Source of the DNA: Calcarisporiella thermophila CBS 279.70
Taxonomy: Eukaryota; Fungi; Calcarisporiellomycota
NCBI RefSeq assembly: GCF_041956535.1
Contig: NW_027192205.1
Coordinates: 62,001 to 126,000 of the forward strand
DNA: 64,000 nt
Direction of reading: 5' to 3'
Shown: positions 28,462 through 42,654 of the stretch, in pieces
Layout: each line of letters opens with the position of its first letter
How positions within the stretch are numbered: the first letter of the stretch is position 1
Made by a program: the position numbers and the translations under genes
The notes under the pieces: generated by a model
The model's input: only the letters and a program-made list of their open reading frames with translations
Told to the model about the DNA's origin: nothing
The model's database searches: none

Positions 28462-28691
28462 ACTAGTTACACTGGTCCTTTGTAGCTGACATATTAGACT
28501 GATATGAATAACTAAGAAGAAACCTATACACGCTCTATCCTATCTATTTTTTTAGATTGTTCTTGTTAGATGATTATATTATAGAATCCCTTCTCATTTA
28601 TTAAAGATTAAGCTTTATGAAGATGGCGCAGTTGAAATTCTTAAATGAGCACAAAGGGGTAAGTCACTATTACTTACTCTTAAGAATCACA

Positions 28692-29229
28692 ATGGAGGCT
28701 GCATTTGAAAATATTTGCAGGCCATATGAGCGTGAGGGATTAAAGGCAGCATTGTTAACAGATCGTGAGGGCATCACGTTACTGAAATGTAAATCTTGGA
28801 ACTTCTAGAGGAAATCAACAGAGCATTTAATTGTTTCATTTTTCTAGTCACCACTAATGAAATATCATCCAAGATTTTAAGTCCTTTGCTTGCAACTACC
28901 TTTTCCATGACTAGCGATCAGGTAATAAAATGAAAAAAAAATCTCTATTATGTCACGTTTGTGTAATCTCTTATTATCAATTAATAATTCTTATGTATCC
29001 ACAATAGTCATCGAAACTTGGTCTCGGACAAAATAACACCATTATTAGCACATTTTCCTTACATCAAATACTTCAATTTAACCATTCGCCGCTAATTATC
29101 ACACTTGTAGCTAATTCCCAAGCCAACACCGGTCTATTATTAGAGTTGGGAGCAGCTTTGCGTGAACTAACTGAGCCGATAATTGAGAATTTGACGCAAA
29201 GAAGGGCCTCAAACCCGACAGCTGTTTAA
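28692..29229 (+). CDS. LAMTOR3: Ragulator subunit LAMTOR3 / MP1 (roadblock fold)
   Basis: GLKAALLTDREGITLLK...LATTFSMTSDQ|SSKLGLGQNNTIISTF...QILQFNHSPLIITLVANSQANTGLLL closely follows the LAMTOR3 pattern. Three exons. Confidence 0.85.
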
Positions 29230-29432
29230 ACTGTGTGTTCTTTTGCTCTTTTGAAGTTTGCTTCTTTCTTATTATACGTGTTGCTCTTCTATGCTCTAAC
29301 TCCCTGAATAAAAATATGTAAAATAGTGAATTTCAATCCTACTATTATAGTTACGTCATTAAATTTAAAGGCCGTTCAGGCATTACTGGCGTTTTCTCAT
29401 ATTGTTACTCTTAATTCATCCTTTTGAACATT

Positions 29433-30506
29433 ATGGGGATCATTTACGCGTTGGTAGCGCGGGGTTCTGTTATCCTAGCGGAGCACACAGACAGCACCGG
29501 AAATTTCACTCAGGGTTAGGAGTTATTGCTTTCTCGTATTAGTTTATCATACTATAGCTAACAATTTTCCTTGGCATGTTTCGAAAATTAGCTACTCAAG
29601 CAATACTTGATAAAAGTGAGTAAAGTTATCTAGAGATTATATATAGAGAGACATGTTTGCATGATTGGTTGACTAAATTAACTAATACTATAAATAATAG
29701 TACCACCAAATAACAGTAAACTTACATACGTTTATGATAGGTAAAGTTAAGTTATCCATTTCTTTAATAGAAATCATGTTCATAAAAAATCTTCTGTCGA
29801 CAGATATTTATTTCACTACATCTGCGAAGATGGAATAACCTACCTCTGTATGGGCGATGATTCATTTGGTCGGCGGATTCCATTTGCCTTTCTTCAGGAT
29901 CTGCGCAATAGATTTCTAAGCACATATTCGCTGGAGAGTGCGGCCGATGCACCCCACTATGGAATGAATGAGTTCTCAAGAGTTATTGCAAAGCAGATGG
30001 TCATTATAGATACTCGTGGGATAATTTAGATAATAGCTGATTTGTTATTTTAATAGGAATACTTTTCGAACAATCCAAATGCAGATAAAATAAAGCAAGT
30101 GCAAGGTGAAATCGAGCAAGTGCGAGACGTAATGGTTCAAAATATTGGTATTAATTAATGCTCTTTATTTTATACCTTGAGCACCATTTAATTTTTTGCA
30201 ACCCAATAGAGCGGGTTTTAGAGCGAGGAGAGCGCATTGACTTGTAAATTTCCGCAGAATTAATGGAATGCAAAAAATTGAAATTAATATAGTCTATCTA
30301 CGCTTTCTAGACTTGTTGATAAAACCGATGCTCTTAATCAGTCCGCATTCGCGTTTAGGAAGCGTAGCACCGCGCTAAAGCGTAGTATGTGGTGGAAGAA
30401 TACTAAGCTTATGGTCATCCTAGTTTCTGTCATAATCTTGATGATGTACTTTTTGATTGCTTCTGCCTGCGGTTTTCCAGCATTCAACAAGTGTCGAGGA
30501 CAGTGA
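29433..30506 (+). CDS. VAMP7: Longin-domain R-SNARE VAMP7
   Basis: Not in the ORF track. Spliced: MGIIYALVARGSVILAEH...GRRIPFAFLQD...VMVQNIERVLERGERIDLLVDKT...MWWKNTKL plus a TM segment. Confidence 0.92.
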
Positions 30507-30769
30507 TATTATCTACTCTATTGTTTATAAATTTATTCGACATCCTTATATTCTCCCTTTTTTTTCTCTATCTTTTATATTGATATAAGTCTTTTATATA
30601 TTTCTTTCAATTTGTGTCTTCCATTTTCAATTTGCTTCCTGAATTAATTTCTGTGACTGTGCGCGATCCCCTCAGTAAACAAACGAGAAAGCCTCTTACT
30701 TCACAACAAGTCTTTGAATGCTTTTTCTTTTCTAATTTCCCTTCCGATTGTGCACACATCGCGCTCATA

Positions 30770-33181
30770 ATGCCACCCAAAAAGCAATCCAAATCGGCAC
30801 CAAAACGTAAACGGCCCAATCCAGAAGATGGCCAAAAAAATTCTGGGAAACAAAAGAATGGCTCTGAGAAGAATATTTCGCTACGAAAGCAACCCGTAAC
30901 AATGACAAAGGATGAGTTAAGCGATTACGATAGCGAAGAAAATGGAGAAAGCGATTTTGAGATGCCTCTGCCTAGTGACACGGCCGAGAATGATTTCCCT
31001 GAAGAGGAATTTGAGGAGGAAGAAGAAATGAATGGTACCGAAAGTGAAGAAAAAGAAGGAGACAGTAAAGGAGAAGGAGAAGATGAGTCAAGGCCCAATA
31101 AGAAGCAAAAGACAGGTATTGTAGTCTTATTAATAGTTTACTACAGATGAAAATTAGCTGATTGGCTTTCCACCATCACCAGAAACATCTCGTGAATCGC
31201 ACCAAAAGCAGAAACAGCTCAAGAATGAGAGGAAGGCGGCACGTCCAAATTATAAAGAAATAGTGTATCCTGCAAAAAAACTATGGGAAGAACTTCGACA
31301 GAAAAGGCTAGAGCCTAAGAAGCGGCAACAACTCATGGAACAAATGATGGAGCTGATGAAGGGGAAGGTGAGGGAGGTGAGTAGACTCTCTTTACCTTTT
31401 CAATTTCTTATCGATGAATTAATCTGATTCCTTAAAATAGTTCATATTTAAACATGATGCTTCGCGCATTGTTCAAACATGCGTCAAATATGCGAATGCT
31501 TCTCAGCGTGCCGTGATTGCAGAGGAACTACTTGGGACTTATACAGATCTGGCTAAAGCAAAATATGGTCGCTTTTTGGTGGTGAAAATTATGAATTACT
31601 GGTAAGAAGAGAAATATTTATTTTATTCCCTTTCTCATTTAATTATACATTTCATGTTCTTGCTATTCTTATTGTATTAGCCCTAAAATCCGCGAAAATG
31701 TCATTAAAGAATTTTACGGTAAAGTGAGTAAACTCATCCGCCATCGTGAAGCCTCTTGGGTGATCGAAGAAGCATATTCCTCTTATGCTTCAGCAGAACA
31801 GCGTACCTCCCTCCTCCAAGAGTTTTATGGGCCCGAGTTTGCGCTTTTCAAATCATCTAATAAGAAGACCAAATCGTTGGGCGAATTGTTGCGTGATCAG
31901 CCCGCTAAAAAACCTGCGATTTTGAAGCATTTGAAAGAGACGCTATCTGGAGTTTTAGATAAAGGAACAATTGGACATAGTATTGTGCATAGGGGCTTGC
32001 TAGATTATATGTCCCATGCTGACGAGAAAGCAATTGCAGACATGGTGGAAGTTGTAAGGGAGCAGTGTGTTGAGATTCTGCACACTCGTGAGGGAAGCCA
32101 AGTTACAATGCTATGCCTTCTTCACGGAACCCCCAAGGTATTTAGCTATGATTTTAAGTAGAAGAATGTCTTAGTTACATAGCAGAATTTTTACTAATTA
32201 ATTTTATTAAATTACAATAGGATCGTAAATTTATTGTTCGTAGCATGAAGCCTTTTGTAGTAAAGATTTGTAAAGAGGAGTATGGTCACATTACATTACT
32301 TCGGATGTTTGACGTAGTGGACGATACGGTGTTAGTGGGGAAAAATATTCTCTCAGTAAATATCAGTTTGCTGTAGTTTATCCTTGCATCCAATAATCAA
32401 TTGATTAATTCATATTTTATGACTACAGGAAATTACTAAAAATATAGAAGAAATCGCCAATGACAAGTACGGCAAGCGAGTACTTCTCTACCTTTTAGCT
32501 GGTCGCCACCGAAAATACTTTACACCTTCTGTTATTGATTCTCTTGCTTCGGGAGATGATATTCGTCAAAAGACGAGTAAGAAAGATCCTCAAGTGCGAC
32601 AGAAAGAGCTTCTTGCCTATGTATCACAATCGCTTTTGGACTATGTTCGTGACAATACCGCCGAGTTAATCAAGGATTCGACTGGAGGCTGCTTTTTAGT
32701 AAAGGAGGCATTATTACATGCTGAAGGAGAAAAGGCCGAGGCTATTAATTCTCTAGTGGACTTATGTGCTAAGGACCCTACAGAAACTGATGAGGGAGAT
32801 GAGCATGTATTTGAGGTCACGTGTGCTGGGCGAGTTATCAAGGAATTGGTGCAGTCATCTGGACGAAGCGAGAAGAATTCTGATGAACAAGACGTGCGAG
32901 AAAAGAAGATAACCATTCCCTCCACCCCGCTTGATTTTGCGCCCGCGCTTTTGGAGAGTATTCGCCCATACTTACTGCATCATGCGCTTCACGGAGGCAG
33001 CTTCATTATTGTGGCTCTAGCAGAAAATCCCGCCACATCGAGGCAAGCTCTCAAAGAATTGCAAGGTCAGAAATCACAGCTTGAAAAAGCCCTTAGAGAT
33101 GCAGATGATAAGAAGAAAGAACGGCAGGAGGGCCAGAAAGCATTGAATCCCGGCGTGAAAGTTCTAGTGAAACTATTATAA
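30770..33181 (+). CDS. PUF6: Pumilio-homology nucleolar protein Puf6/PUM3
   Basis: Basic and acidic N-terminus; FKHDASRIVQT, EFYGPEFALFK, HTREGS, DVVDDT; CPL-type C-terminal region. Confidence 0.9.
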
Positions 33182-33790
33182 TTTTGATCATATGCTGAAT
33201 CTATCTTGTCTTTTATTTAATAAAAATTGGATTATATTCGGCTTAACTTTAAGCCACATTCTCGGTAATTTTCGGCAATCAACTTGAGTTTTGTATACTC
33301 CACTCTACTTTTGACCACTGAAAAATAAAATCATAATCCAAGCAGCATCATTATAGAAAAAAGACCTTGATTGTATTTCTCAAAAAAGGCAGTTACTTAG
33401 CCATGGATGTTTAGTTTCTCTATGTACTCGAGCAATATCTTGATACTTTCTCTTGATAATAGCTATCTATTAAAAGCATTTTTAAGCGAAGGCACTTTAG
33501 GGTTTAGGTATGAAGAAAACGAGGCAAACCAAGTTGAGTGCTTAGATATTTTTCACAAAATTTTTGGGCCGAAGGGTATAATAAAATTACAAACTCAATC
33601 TCAGCAAATTTAGTTCTCCACATATTTCTCTTGTAATATTTTGTAATTGTCAAGTATATATGAAGGCAAATTTGTCCTTACTCTTGTAAATACATTCACC
33701 TTTATCTTCCCGCTTGTTTCATATTGCTGCTTTAGTAGATCAACCGTTCTTTCGATTGTCTACTCAATTTCGGAATGCAATCTTTTTGAC

Positions 33791-36464
33791 ATGACAGCAA
33801 GCGACTACAATCCACTACCGAGAGTACATTTGCCATGCAAGACTATGATGAATAATTCTGCAAGGCGGGACGAATTTATTCGTATGTACTCGGAGAAAGG
33901 TTATGGATATGGGGGGAAAATTACGGATATACGAAAGGATGAATATCCCCAGCTTGGAAGTAAGTTAGTTTTTCGAAATCATTCTATTCTAGCTTTTGAG
34001 AACACATACTTATGCTAATAATCTTGTATATTAGATCAAGAATTTTTCGATCATGCAAGTACGACTTTATATGCACAGTCAGCGCTCAAGGCATTTATGA
34101 ACGATCTCTCACAAAATCTATATGGTAATCCACACTCCGGACAATCTCCCAGTGCAAGGCATACTTCGGAGCGGATTGCTCGCGTAAGAGGACGTGTGCT
34201 AAGGCTCTTTGGCTGTCCTCCAGGAGAATATGATGTGATATTTACTGCCAATGCCACCGCTTCCATCAAGCTTGTATCGGAAATTATTCCATGGACCGAG
34301 AAGCTTGGGGACGAACTCTGGATCTTAAGAGAGGCTCATACATCGCTCTTGGGATTGCGGGCAACAGTACCACAAAACATCAATGTACGACAATTGACTG
34401 AAGATGAGATTGATGCAATATTAAGGGAAGGGAGCACTGTTAACGGAAAGTCCAATGGATCTCTGCGTGAGCAAGAAGACAGTGTAGCTGAGGGCTCTCA
34501 ACAGTTCATTCGCTTATTTGCATACCCTGCTCAATGCAATTTTTCCGGTGCACGTTTCCCGCTTGACTGGACGCAACGCCTTCGGCGTCATTTTGCCCAT
34601 CATGAGAGTCAAACCTTAGTCTTAGTGGATGCAGCCTCTCTTGTTGTAACCGCTCCACTCGATCTTTCAGAGCTTGAAGATCCGCCCGATTTTATTGCTG
34701 TTAGCTTCTATAAAATGTTCGGAATGCCAACTGGACTGGGTGCTCTACTCGTTAGGAAGAATTTGGCCCCCATATTGAGGAAGAGATATTTCGGTGGAGG
34801 AACAGGTATATCGATGTTTTATATACTATACTTTGTGTATTTGATCTAAGCATTTATATATTGTTCTAGTGCTTGCCCTCTCAGGTGAAGAACCTTGGCA
34901 GATATTTCGTCATGCACTTCATGAGCGCTATGAAGACGGAACCGTGAATTTCCTTGATATAATAGCACTCGATCACTCACTCGATACCTTCTATCGCCTT
35001 TACACTGACTTCTCACATGTATCCGATCACGTGATGTCGTTAGCTTACTTTCTGTATAACCAAATGCGTGAGATGCGCCATGCTAATGGGATGCCAGTAT
35101 GCGAAATGTACACAAGAGATCCAGAGGAATATGAGGAACAAAGTAAACAGGGACCGATTGTTGCATTTAATTTACGAAGAGGGGATGGAGCCTGGGTTGG
35201 ATACGTAGAGGTGGAACGGCTTGCTTCCATGCATGGATTTCATTTACGAACAGGCGGGTTCTGTAATGTAGGCAGCGTCCAACGCTTTCTTAACTGGTCC
35301 ACCCCAGATTTACGTAAGAATTTCGCGGTAAGTGTCCGCCTATCAGTAACTTTCTTATCAAGCATTCTTACATTATTGTAAAATAAGGCCGGCCATGTAT
35401 GTGGTGATGACACAGATATAATTGATGGGCGTCCAACCGGTGCTGTACGGCTCTCTTTGGGTGCAATGTCGACTATTGATGACGTTCTGAAATGGCTCAA
35501 CTTCCTTGAGACTTATTTTGTTGATCGCAAGACTACTTCATTAATATCCCCTGTATGCACAGATTCTAGAGATGGACATCGTGGAAACTTTGTGCTTGAT
35601 GCAATAGCACTTTACCCGATAAAATCCTGCCGTGGATTTTTTGTTAAGGATTGGCCCCTCACCTCTCATGGCCTCTTATATGATCGCGAGTGGATGGTGA
35701 TTGATGAAGTAACCGGCCAAGCACTGAGTCAAAAGCGCTACACGCAAATGACATTTATTCGCCCTACTATTGATCTCTCTCGACGTCTCCTTCTTGTGCA
35801 TGCACCCCATGAAAACTCTCTTGAGATTCCACTTGACATACTACCGGAGGAAGATGGACGAGAATTGGCGGACACTTGCCCTTCCAGGGTGTGTGGGGAC
35901 AGTATAGATGTGTATCGATACAAAGATCCCGCTATATCCGACTGGTTCTCTCGCGTACTAGGTATACCCTGCATTCTTGTTCGTCAACCTTCCCACACAA
36001 CTTTGCGCCAAATCAAACCTCAATTTGTCTCACCTGTACCACAAGCTATATCTTTGCAAAACGAATCTCCCTTCCTGCTAATCTCCCAACAAAGTGTTAA
36101 CGATATCCAAGAGAAGACTAGTACCCCTGTAGCCCGAGAACAGTTTCGTGGCAACCTTTACATCCGTGGGCTGCCCCCCTATGCCGAGGAAAAATGGCGG
36201 CGGTTTGCGATAGGTGGACAGAGGTTTTGCGCAATAGGCGCGTGTAGGCGCTGTAATATGGTGTGCATAAATCCTGAGACCGGGGAGCGGCAAAAAGAGC
36301 CTTTTACTACGCTTGCAAAATATAGGCGTAAAGGTCCTAAAAGGCACGTGGTGTTTGGAATACATGCAGTATGGCAGGAGAGTGCTTCGAAAGTACCATT
36401 TAGACTACGCGTTGGGGATGAGGTTGTAGTGTTAGAAGAGGTTGAGTCCGATATGGAAATATAG
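33791..36464 (+). CDS. MOCOS: Molybdenum cofactor sulfurase (NifS-like PLP domain + MOSC domain)
   Basis: YGNPHS, FTANAT, PLP-lysine motif SFYKMFGMPTGLGAL, persulfide Cys in RTGGFCN; YPIKSC, LYDREWM, FRGN and CRRCNMVCI. Confidence 0.93.
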
Positions 36465-36967
36465 GATTGGATCCAAGTCAATATAGCGGAATTATCTACA
36501 AATATATCTCTACCCCAATTATCTTTAGCATTATTTACTGGACTAGTGATTGGGGGAAATTTATCTGCATTTGTTGGCAATTCTTATATATCTAAGTCTG
36601 TAAACTAGCTTGTTTTATCTTTTGTTATCCTATTTGAATTACCACCTCCTACTGCAAATCAATATTAGGTTGGCAAATTATCTTCTGACTCCCTTTATAC
36701 GTGCAATATCCTACTTTTACTGGTGAATTAACTCAAAGGAGTCCAATATTTGTGGCTTGTATTATCGAAATTCTTCGAGAATAGTGTGACCCCTCATAAA
36801 TTACTAAAAGGCAGTTAGAATTCTCATCTTAATCAATCTCATTTATATAGTTTGGTAGCTCTTTTATTTTTTTTTTTTCTCTTTATAATTTCATTTCACT
36901 TAATATATATACATAAATTCTAGATTTTCTTTAGTTATCGCATGGTTTAATTGATTATTTGTGGCTA

Positions 36968-38564
36968 ATGGCAGAATATAAATCCGCGGCACGAGGGTAC
37001 CCTCCGTCACGGACAGCAAATGGCAACGGTAATAAAGGCAAGCAGCAGAAAAAGCGGAAAGGTACTTTGCCTATATTTTGGTCGCTATATATTTTTTACA
37101 CCTAATTTTCGTGGATAGCAATGGCGATCTCAAGAAAACGCTCCCAGCTGATCCGGGAGCCATCTGAGGACGAGCCTTCACTTTCTATATACAGGCAACC
37201 GCTTACAACATTAGCTTATTTTTTCGCCTACACAAGACAGGAGCTTGGAGAAATGCTTGCGAACTCAGCAAAAATTGTGTTACGACATAGGTTTTATGCG
37301 GCATTAAGCATATTGGGGGCCATTGCGATTACAGGAGCTACTAAAATAGAAGGGCCGCATCGCATGGTACTTGATTATAAGATATTAACTAACAAATCAG
37401 GAGTCACATTCGATAATGCCTAATATTCAAATTTTAGGTATTAGATATACTGAAGGAACAGGTTACTTGGTACAGCTGGTGGGCTATACTTGGAGTCGCA
37501 TCGTCTGTTGGACTAGGATCAGGATTACATACCTTTGTGCTATTTCTCGCACCACATATAGCTGAAGTTTCTTTGGTGGCTTTTAAGTGTGGAGGAGTTG
37601 AGTTCGCAACACGAGGAGAAAACAAGTAAATAGTTGAATTTTGAACATGTAGCAAGCTCGAAATCGTTATACTGCTTTACTCTGGTTTTATTAACCATAG
37701 ATTTATATGTGATCTGCCCTCTCATCTCAATTCTACAACATCGCCTTGGCGTGTCTTCCGACGAGTTCAGCTCGAAATTTTCTTCTGGGGCATTGGCACA
37801 GCAATTGGCGAATTGCCCCCGTATTTCATTGCACGCGCAGCTGCATCATCTGGTGGGAAAAGTGCGGCCGTAGAAGAACTGGAATCTATAAGCAAGAAGA
37901 AAACAAGTGAATTAACAATACATGATCGGATAACTGTATTTTTACGATGGCTACTCAAGCGAATGGGCTTCTTCGGGATCTTACTGTTTGCTTCGGTAAA
38001 ATCTGACTCTAATACGCCCAAAATCAGAGCGATATGAATAGTTTTTACTCTTTTCATTAGATACCTAATCCAGCTTTCGATTTGGCGGGTATTACATGTG
38101 GCCATTTTCAGGTTCCCTTCTGGACATTCTTTGGTGCTACTCTCTTAGGGAAAGCTATCGTGAAAGCTACTGTCCAGGGGTTGGTGGTTGTATTACTCTC
38201 TTCAGGAGATACGCTTGCTATCCTATTACGGAAATTAAGAGAATGGTGGCCATGGTTGCATGATGTAGTCGAAGAAGTAATTCAGGGACAAACGGTTGCC
38301 TTATCACGAGGGCAAAATCAAGAAGCTGTAATGGTAATGCATCTATACATGGACCAAATTACTGTGTCAATTCCAATCACTAAGAGAAATATATTTTTTT
38401 CTTTCCTTATGCATTGGAATTCCAGAAGCGAGCCGGCTTGTTTACAAGACTTTGGAGCGGATTTGTTATTCTTATGCTTATGTATTTTCTCGCGAGTATC
38501 ATAGAATCCCTAGCGCTTACGCATGCTCGACGGGTGTGGAAGAAGAAGAAAAATTAATCTCTAA
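36968..38564 (+). CDS. VMP1: Vacuole membrane protein 1 (DedA/VTT-family scramblase)
   Basis: [54 protein letters not shown]|[32 protein letters not shown]. Confidence 0.92.
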
Positions 38565-39169
38565 GTGTATTATTTCTGCTATTTATTTAGATTTGAGCTA
38601 TAGTGATCATACTGGGGTCGTTTTATATCTACAATAAAGAGCTTTTAATTTTCACTCTATGCGCAAAGGTCTAGTGTAGAATTAGCTGAATCAGTACAAA
38701 TTTGACTAAGCTGTGTTTATGAGTTGATTATGCCTATAGTTTTATCAAGAGGATGTTCTTCGTATAAACATATTCCATATCCGCGCGCACCTTTGGGTAA
38801 AACCACCTTATCTGAATATTTATAAGAGCAATTGTATGGCCACCTGTATTTCTTCAGACACTTATGATGGAGAGATTCTTCTTTTCATTTATATAGAAAG
38901 TCCATAAAAAAGGCCTAGTTCCGGTTTCAATCAGCTGCTACATTAACAGCTTTTCAGGTCGCGTATATTTGCGAGTTGGATAGATTATATACGATTAATA
39001 ATAGGTATCACGGCGTATATTTTGAACCAGTTTGGCTTGAATAAATTAAGAAATTTTGACCGCGGGAATTCTGAAATAAATCCCGTGAAAGTCACTCCCT
39101 ATTATAAGCTCAACCTTCATTCTTTTTATTTTACCACTCTCTCTAATTTATCAAACGGCTGCTTTCACA

Positions 39170-39890
39170 ATGACAATCTCACTTTTTGATCTTGAACACC
39201 AGCTAACATTTTATGGCCAGTACCATTCAAACAAAGTGAATGTAATATGTCATGTAATTTGCGTTCCTCTTATCTACTGGACTGCCCTCGTATGGTCGAC
39301 CAACACTGGCCCTCTAGTTGACTGGAAATTGCCAGGGGGCTTTACACCCGATCTGGCTTTCTTTACAACAATTACATATGCTCTCTACTATATCTTTCTG
39401 GAGCCCGTCGCAGGAGTAAGTAGACTGACTCTATGAGCTTGACACGCTTCTTTTAATCTCATATTTTATTTCGCAGTTACTCTACACCCCTATTCTTTTA
39501 GCCATGGATTTATATGCAAATCGCTTCGCGAGCACCTATGCCAGTCCCAATTTAATCGCTGGTGCAATTCATGTATTTTGTTGGGCCGCGCAGATTTTCA
39601 CCCATCAGTTCGCCGAGGGTCGAAGCCCCGCCTTGTTGGACAACCTAGCACAAGGTAGGCTTTTCTCGATCTTATATTATATAGAAGATCCCCGTTCATA
39701 AACGAAATATAACATTCCAAATTTTTTAACACCAGCACTATTCCTTGCTCCATTGTTCGTTTTTCTTGAAGTACTCTTTGCTTTTGGATACCGCCCTCAG
39801 CTGCAGAAGCGCCTCAGGGATAAAGTCGGCAAGGCAATCACAGAGTTCCGCATGAAGAAGGCGCAAGCTCAACGAGCAAAGTCGAATTAA
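39170..39890 (+). CDS. MPO1: Mpo1-like (DUF962) 2-hydroxy fatty acid dioxygenase
   Basis: FYGQYHSNKVNVICHVICVP, WAAQIFTHQFAEGRSPALLDNL, LAPLFVFLE. Three exons. Confidence 0.88.
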
Positions 39891-40041
39891 CGCTTCTTCT
39901 TTACTTTATCTATGTTTTAGTCACTGCTATTCGTTATTTTTTGTATCTTTGAATTAATCTATCTCTTTGTATTCTGTGAGCAATACTGGCTTTAAAATTG
40001 CTTAATATATGTATTAGGTGGTGTCAGTAAGTTTATTAGGT

Positions 40042-40703
40042 CTACCCCTTCCCAAAACCTCCTTGAGTGGGGCCTCTGGGCTGTCTTACAATGTCTATAA
40101 CGGGCTTACTTGGCTCTTTAGGCTTAGCCAACTGCTTTCCCCTACTTTGCCCGCTAACAATGCTTTCACTGCTTTCATTTTCTTTTGCAATCGTGGTCCC
40201 AAAAATTTTTTCTCGTGCAGCCAAATATTCTGCCTCCCTCTCTGCAAGCGTTTTCTTCTGAATGGTGACTGAGACGGGAGCCGCTTGCTCAGGCGCCTTC
40301 GGACGTTTGAGAATTTTCATCTGTTCATTGCAAAATCAGAATTATGACATACGTTTTCAATTGGATCAAAGTGGTAAATTACTTGTGGCACAAATTGAGT
40401 GTGTATGGTATCAGTGCGGATTATTTCAGGTTCTACATACGAATTTCTAAAGAAATGTCATTAGATCTACCTCAAGGTAATCGCATGATATCTGATATTT
40501 ACGCTCTCTCCCATAACTTTTTATTCCGTTCGTGCTCATCCTCCATTTTTACTGATGAACGATTGGGAGTGCCTTCTTTCGCTTGCTGGATCTGCGGGAT
40601 AGTCAAAGAATCAGTGAAAACTCCAAGTAGGGTGAAAGAAAGAAAGGCCAACCACCTCTGCTTCATACCCCTCCTCCCAATCGTCCCAGACATCATCTGC
40701 CAT
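40042..40703 (-). CDS. SZRD1: SUZ domain-containing protein (SZRD1-like)
   Basis: MADDVWDDWE start, MKILKRP, KTLAEREAEYLAAREKIFG (SUZ) and IVRQPRGP..GF (SUZ-C). Confidence 0.85.
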
Positions 40704-41863
40704 TTTTTAACTAAATAAGAAGAAAAAGTCATACCGCTGAACAGATTTACAAATATCCAATAGGCTTGGATTTTGATTAGCTAGACTTAGCCTCTTATGC
40801 TCCTGTAGGCAAAACCTGAACATAATACTAATATAGAATCAATTTATATTCAAGTCTATCCTAGACACGCACGACGTGGGCATAAATATCTTTCAACACC
40901 ACTTTGCAAGTAATTACTTCAAAACGTTAATTAACCAAAATGTTATAATATCTAATTCTACACTACGTTAATGAGATATCTTCCTATACAAAATATTTGT
41001 AAAGAGCTCAAGAAGTGTAGAGAAGCACAAGGAATTTTAGCATTGCTCTATGCTTTCTGTATACTCTCTTGTTATATAAAAATATAGAGAATTCTTTTGC
41101 AGGGATCGCTTCATTTGTTTTAATACTTGAAATAATGATCTATAATAAAGGAACGAAAAAATCTCAGACATTGATGGCAAAAAGAGTTCGTAAAGACTTT
41201 CGAATGATTCAGTTGCTAAGATATAACTGCCATGCAAAATTTAACCAATTTATCTAAATAATTGTAGATGCTTGCCAAAGGAGTCTAGTGAATTTGTAAG
41301 ATGAAAGCGAGTGCTTCAGCCTGTAATCTATATTGCTAAGATAGAAGAATAGGATAATGTAATTGAATGAATGGGGTTTGTATCAAAGGAAGGAACGAAA
41401 ACTCTATAATAGCATATATGATAATCACAATAATGTCAAAAAAAAAATAGATACAATAATAGATATTGTGTTCTACTTGGTCTAAGAGACAGGATGAAGA
41501 TTAGGCTATAATGCTGGCTCCACGCCTTTTTCCGTTCGACGGCCTGATACCTTTTATCGTTGAGTGGATATTTATATATCGCATTCTTTGAGTCAAAAAA
41601 AAAAAAGATATAAGAAAAGCATCACTTTGCATATCCAACTCGCAGTGTACATTAAGTATTCACTGATATCGAGTTGGAAAAAATGGACATAAAATATTAA
41701 GCGTTTTTTATCTTCTCAAAAATAAACAAGATACTTGGCAACATGAAGGATGAATACACATTGTCTACCCTTATACAGCGTAAAATAGAGCACATCGAGA
41801 ATATATACTTATATATATATTTATATACTATGTGGGGGTTTCAGGGATGAAAATACAATAGAT

Positions 41864-42654
41864 TCAAGCATGGCTCCAAGATCCTGACGAAAAAGAAGAC
41901 CGTCGATCCACTTCGGTCCAACTATTTTCACTTAAAGGGCTCCTAATCCCTTCCTGTACAGCATCTGCAGCGGTTGGAGATGAATCTGGAGTTCGTTGTG
42001 TTTGAAGTGGTGGAGAAGGCATTAGGGGTTCAAACACTGGAACTCTGGACTCTTCCATAGAAGAAAAGGCTTCTCGAAAATCGCTCATCTCTTCAAATGC
42101 CGACCCTGAATCTACTGCATTGTTCTTGAAATCATTCGGGAGGGGATATAAGTCTTTACCTGCTGTGGAGAGTGAGGAATGCTTTAAAGTTCTATTTTTC
42201 TCTTCTTCTTCTCGTAGAGCGGCGCGTTCGGCAGCTAGCTCCAACTTCCGTCGCTCAATCTCTTGCTCCATTGCACGTATATATGAGAGTTCTTCAAGAA
42301 GCTCCTCTTTCTTTCTTGTCTATATTTGATGCCCAATCCATTAGCATATGAATACCAAGTCAGATAATATGCGGACTTAACCTGTAATCGTATACGCTCA
42401 CTCCTCTTACGTCTCCTAATGCTTCCTCCCATTCGCTCGCCAGGGCTATTTCCGTTCTCACTCTCACTTTCATCCCACTCGTCCTCACTCTCTCTCTCGC
42501 CCTCATCTCTATCCAACCTCTGACGTTGTGAAGGAATACTGCGATGCCAAGAATTGGGGATCTGGGGTTGGAGTTCGGTAAGAAATAGATATGCTGCAGT
42601 AACTGTGATTGCTACTCCGCCAATTATCAGGACAGGAACGAGAGGATGGACCAT
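41864..42654 (-). CDS. Uncharacterised N-terminally anchored coiled-coil protein (2 exons)
   Basis: ORFs 42235-42660 and 41864-42271 join through an intron at about 42320-42381. N-terminal hydrophobic helix, acidic patch, coiled coil and Ser-rich tail. Confidence 0.7.
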
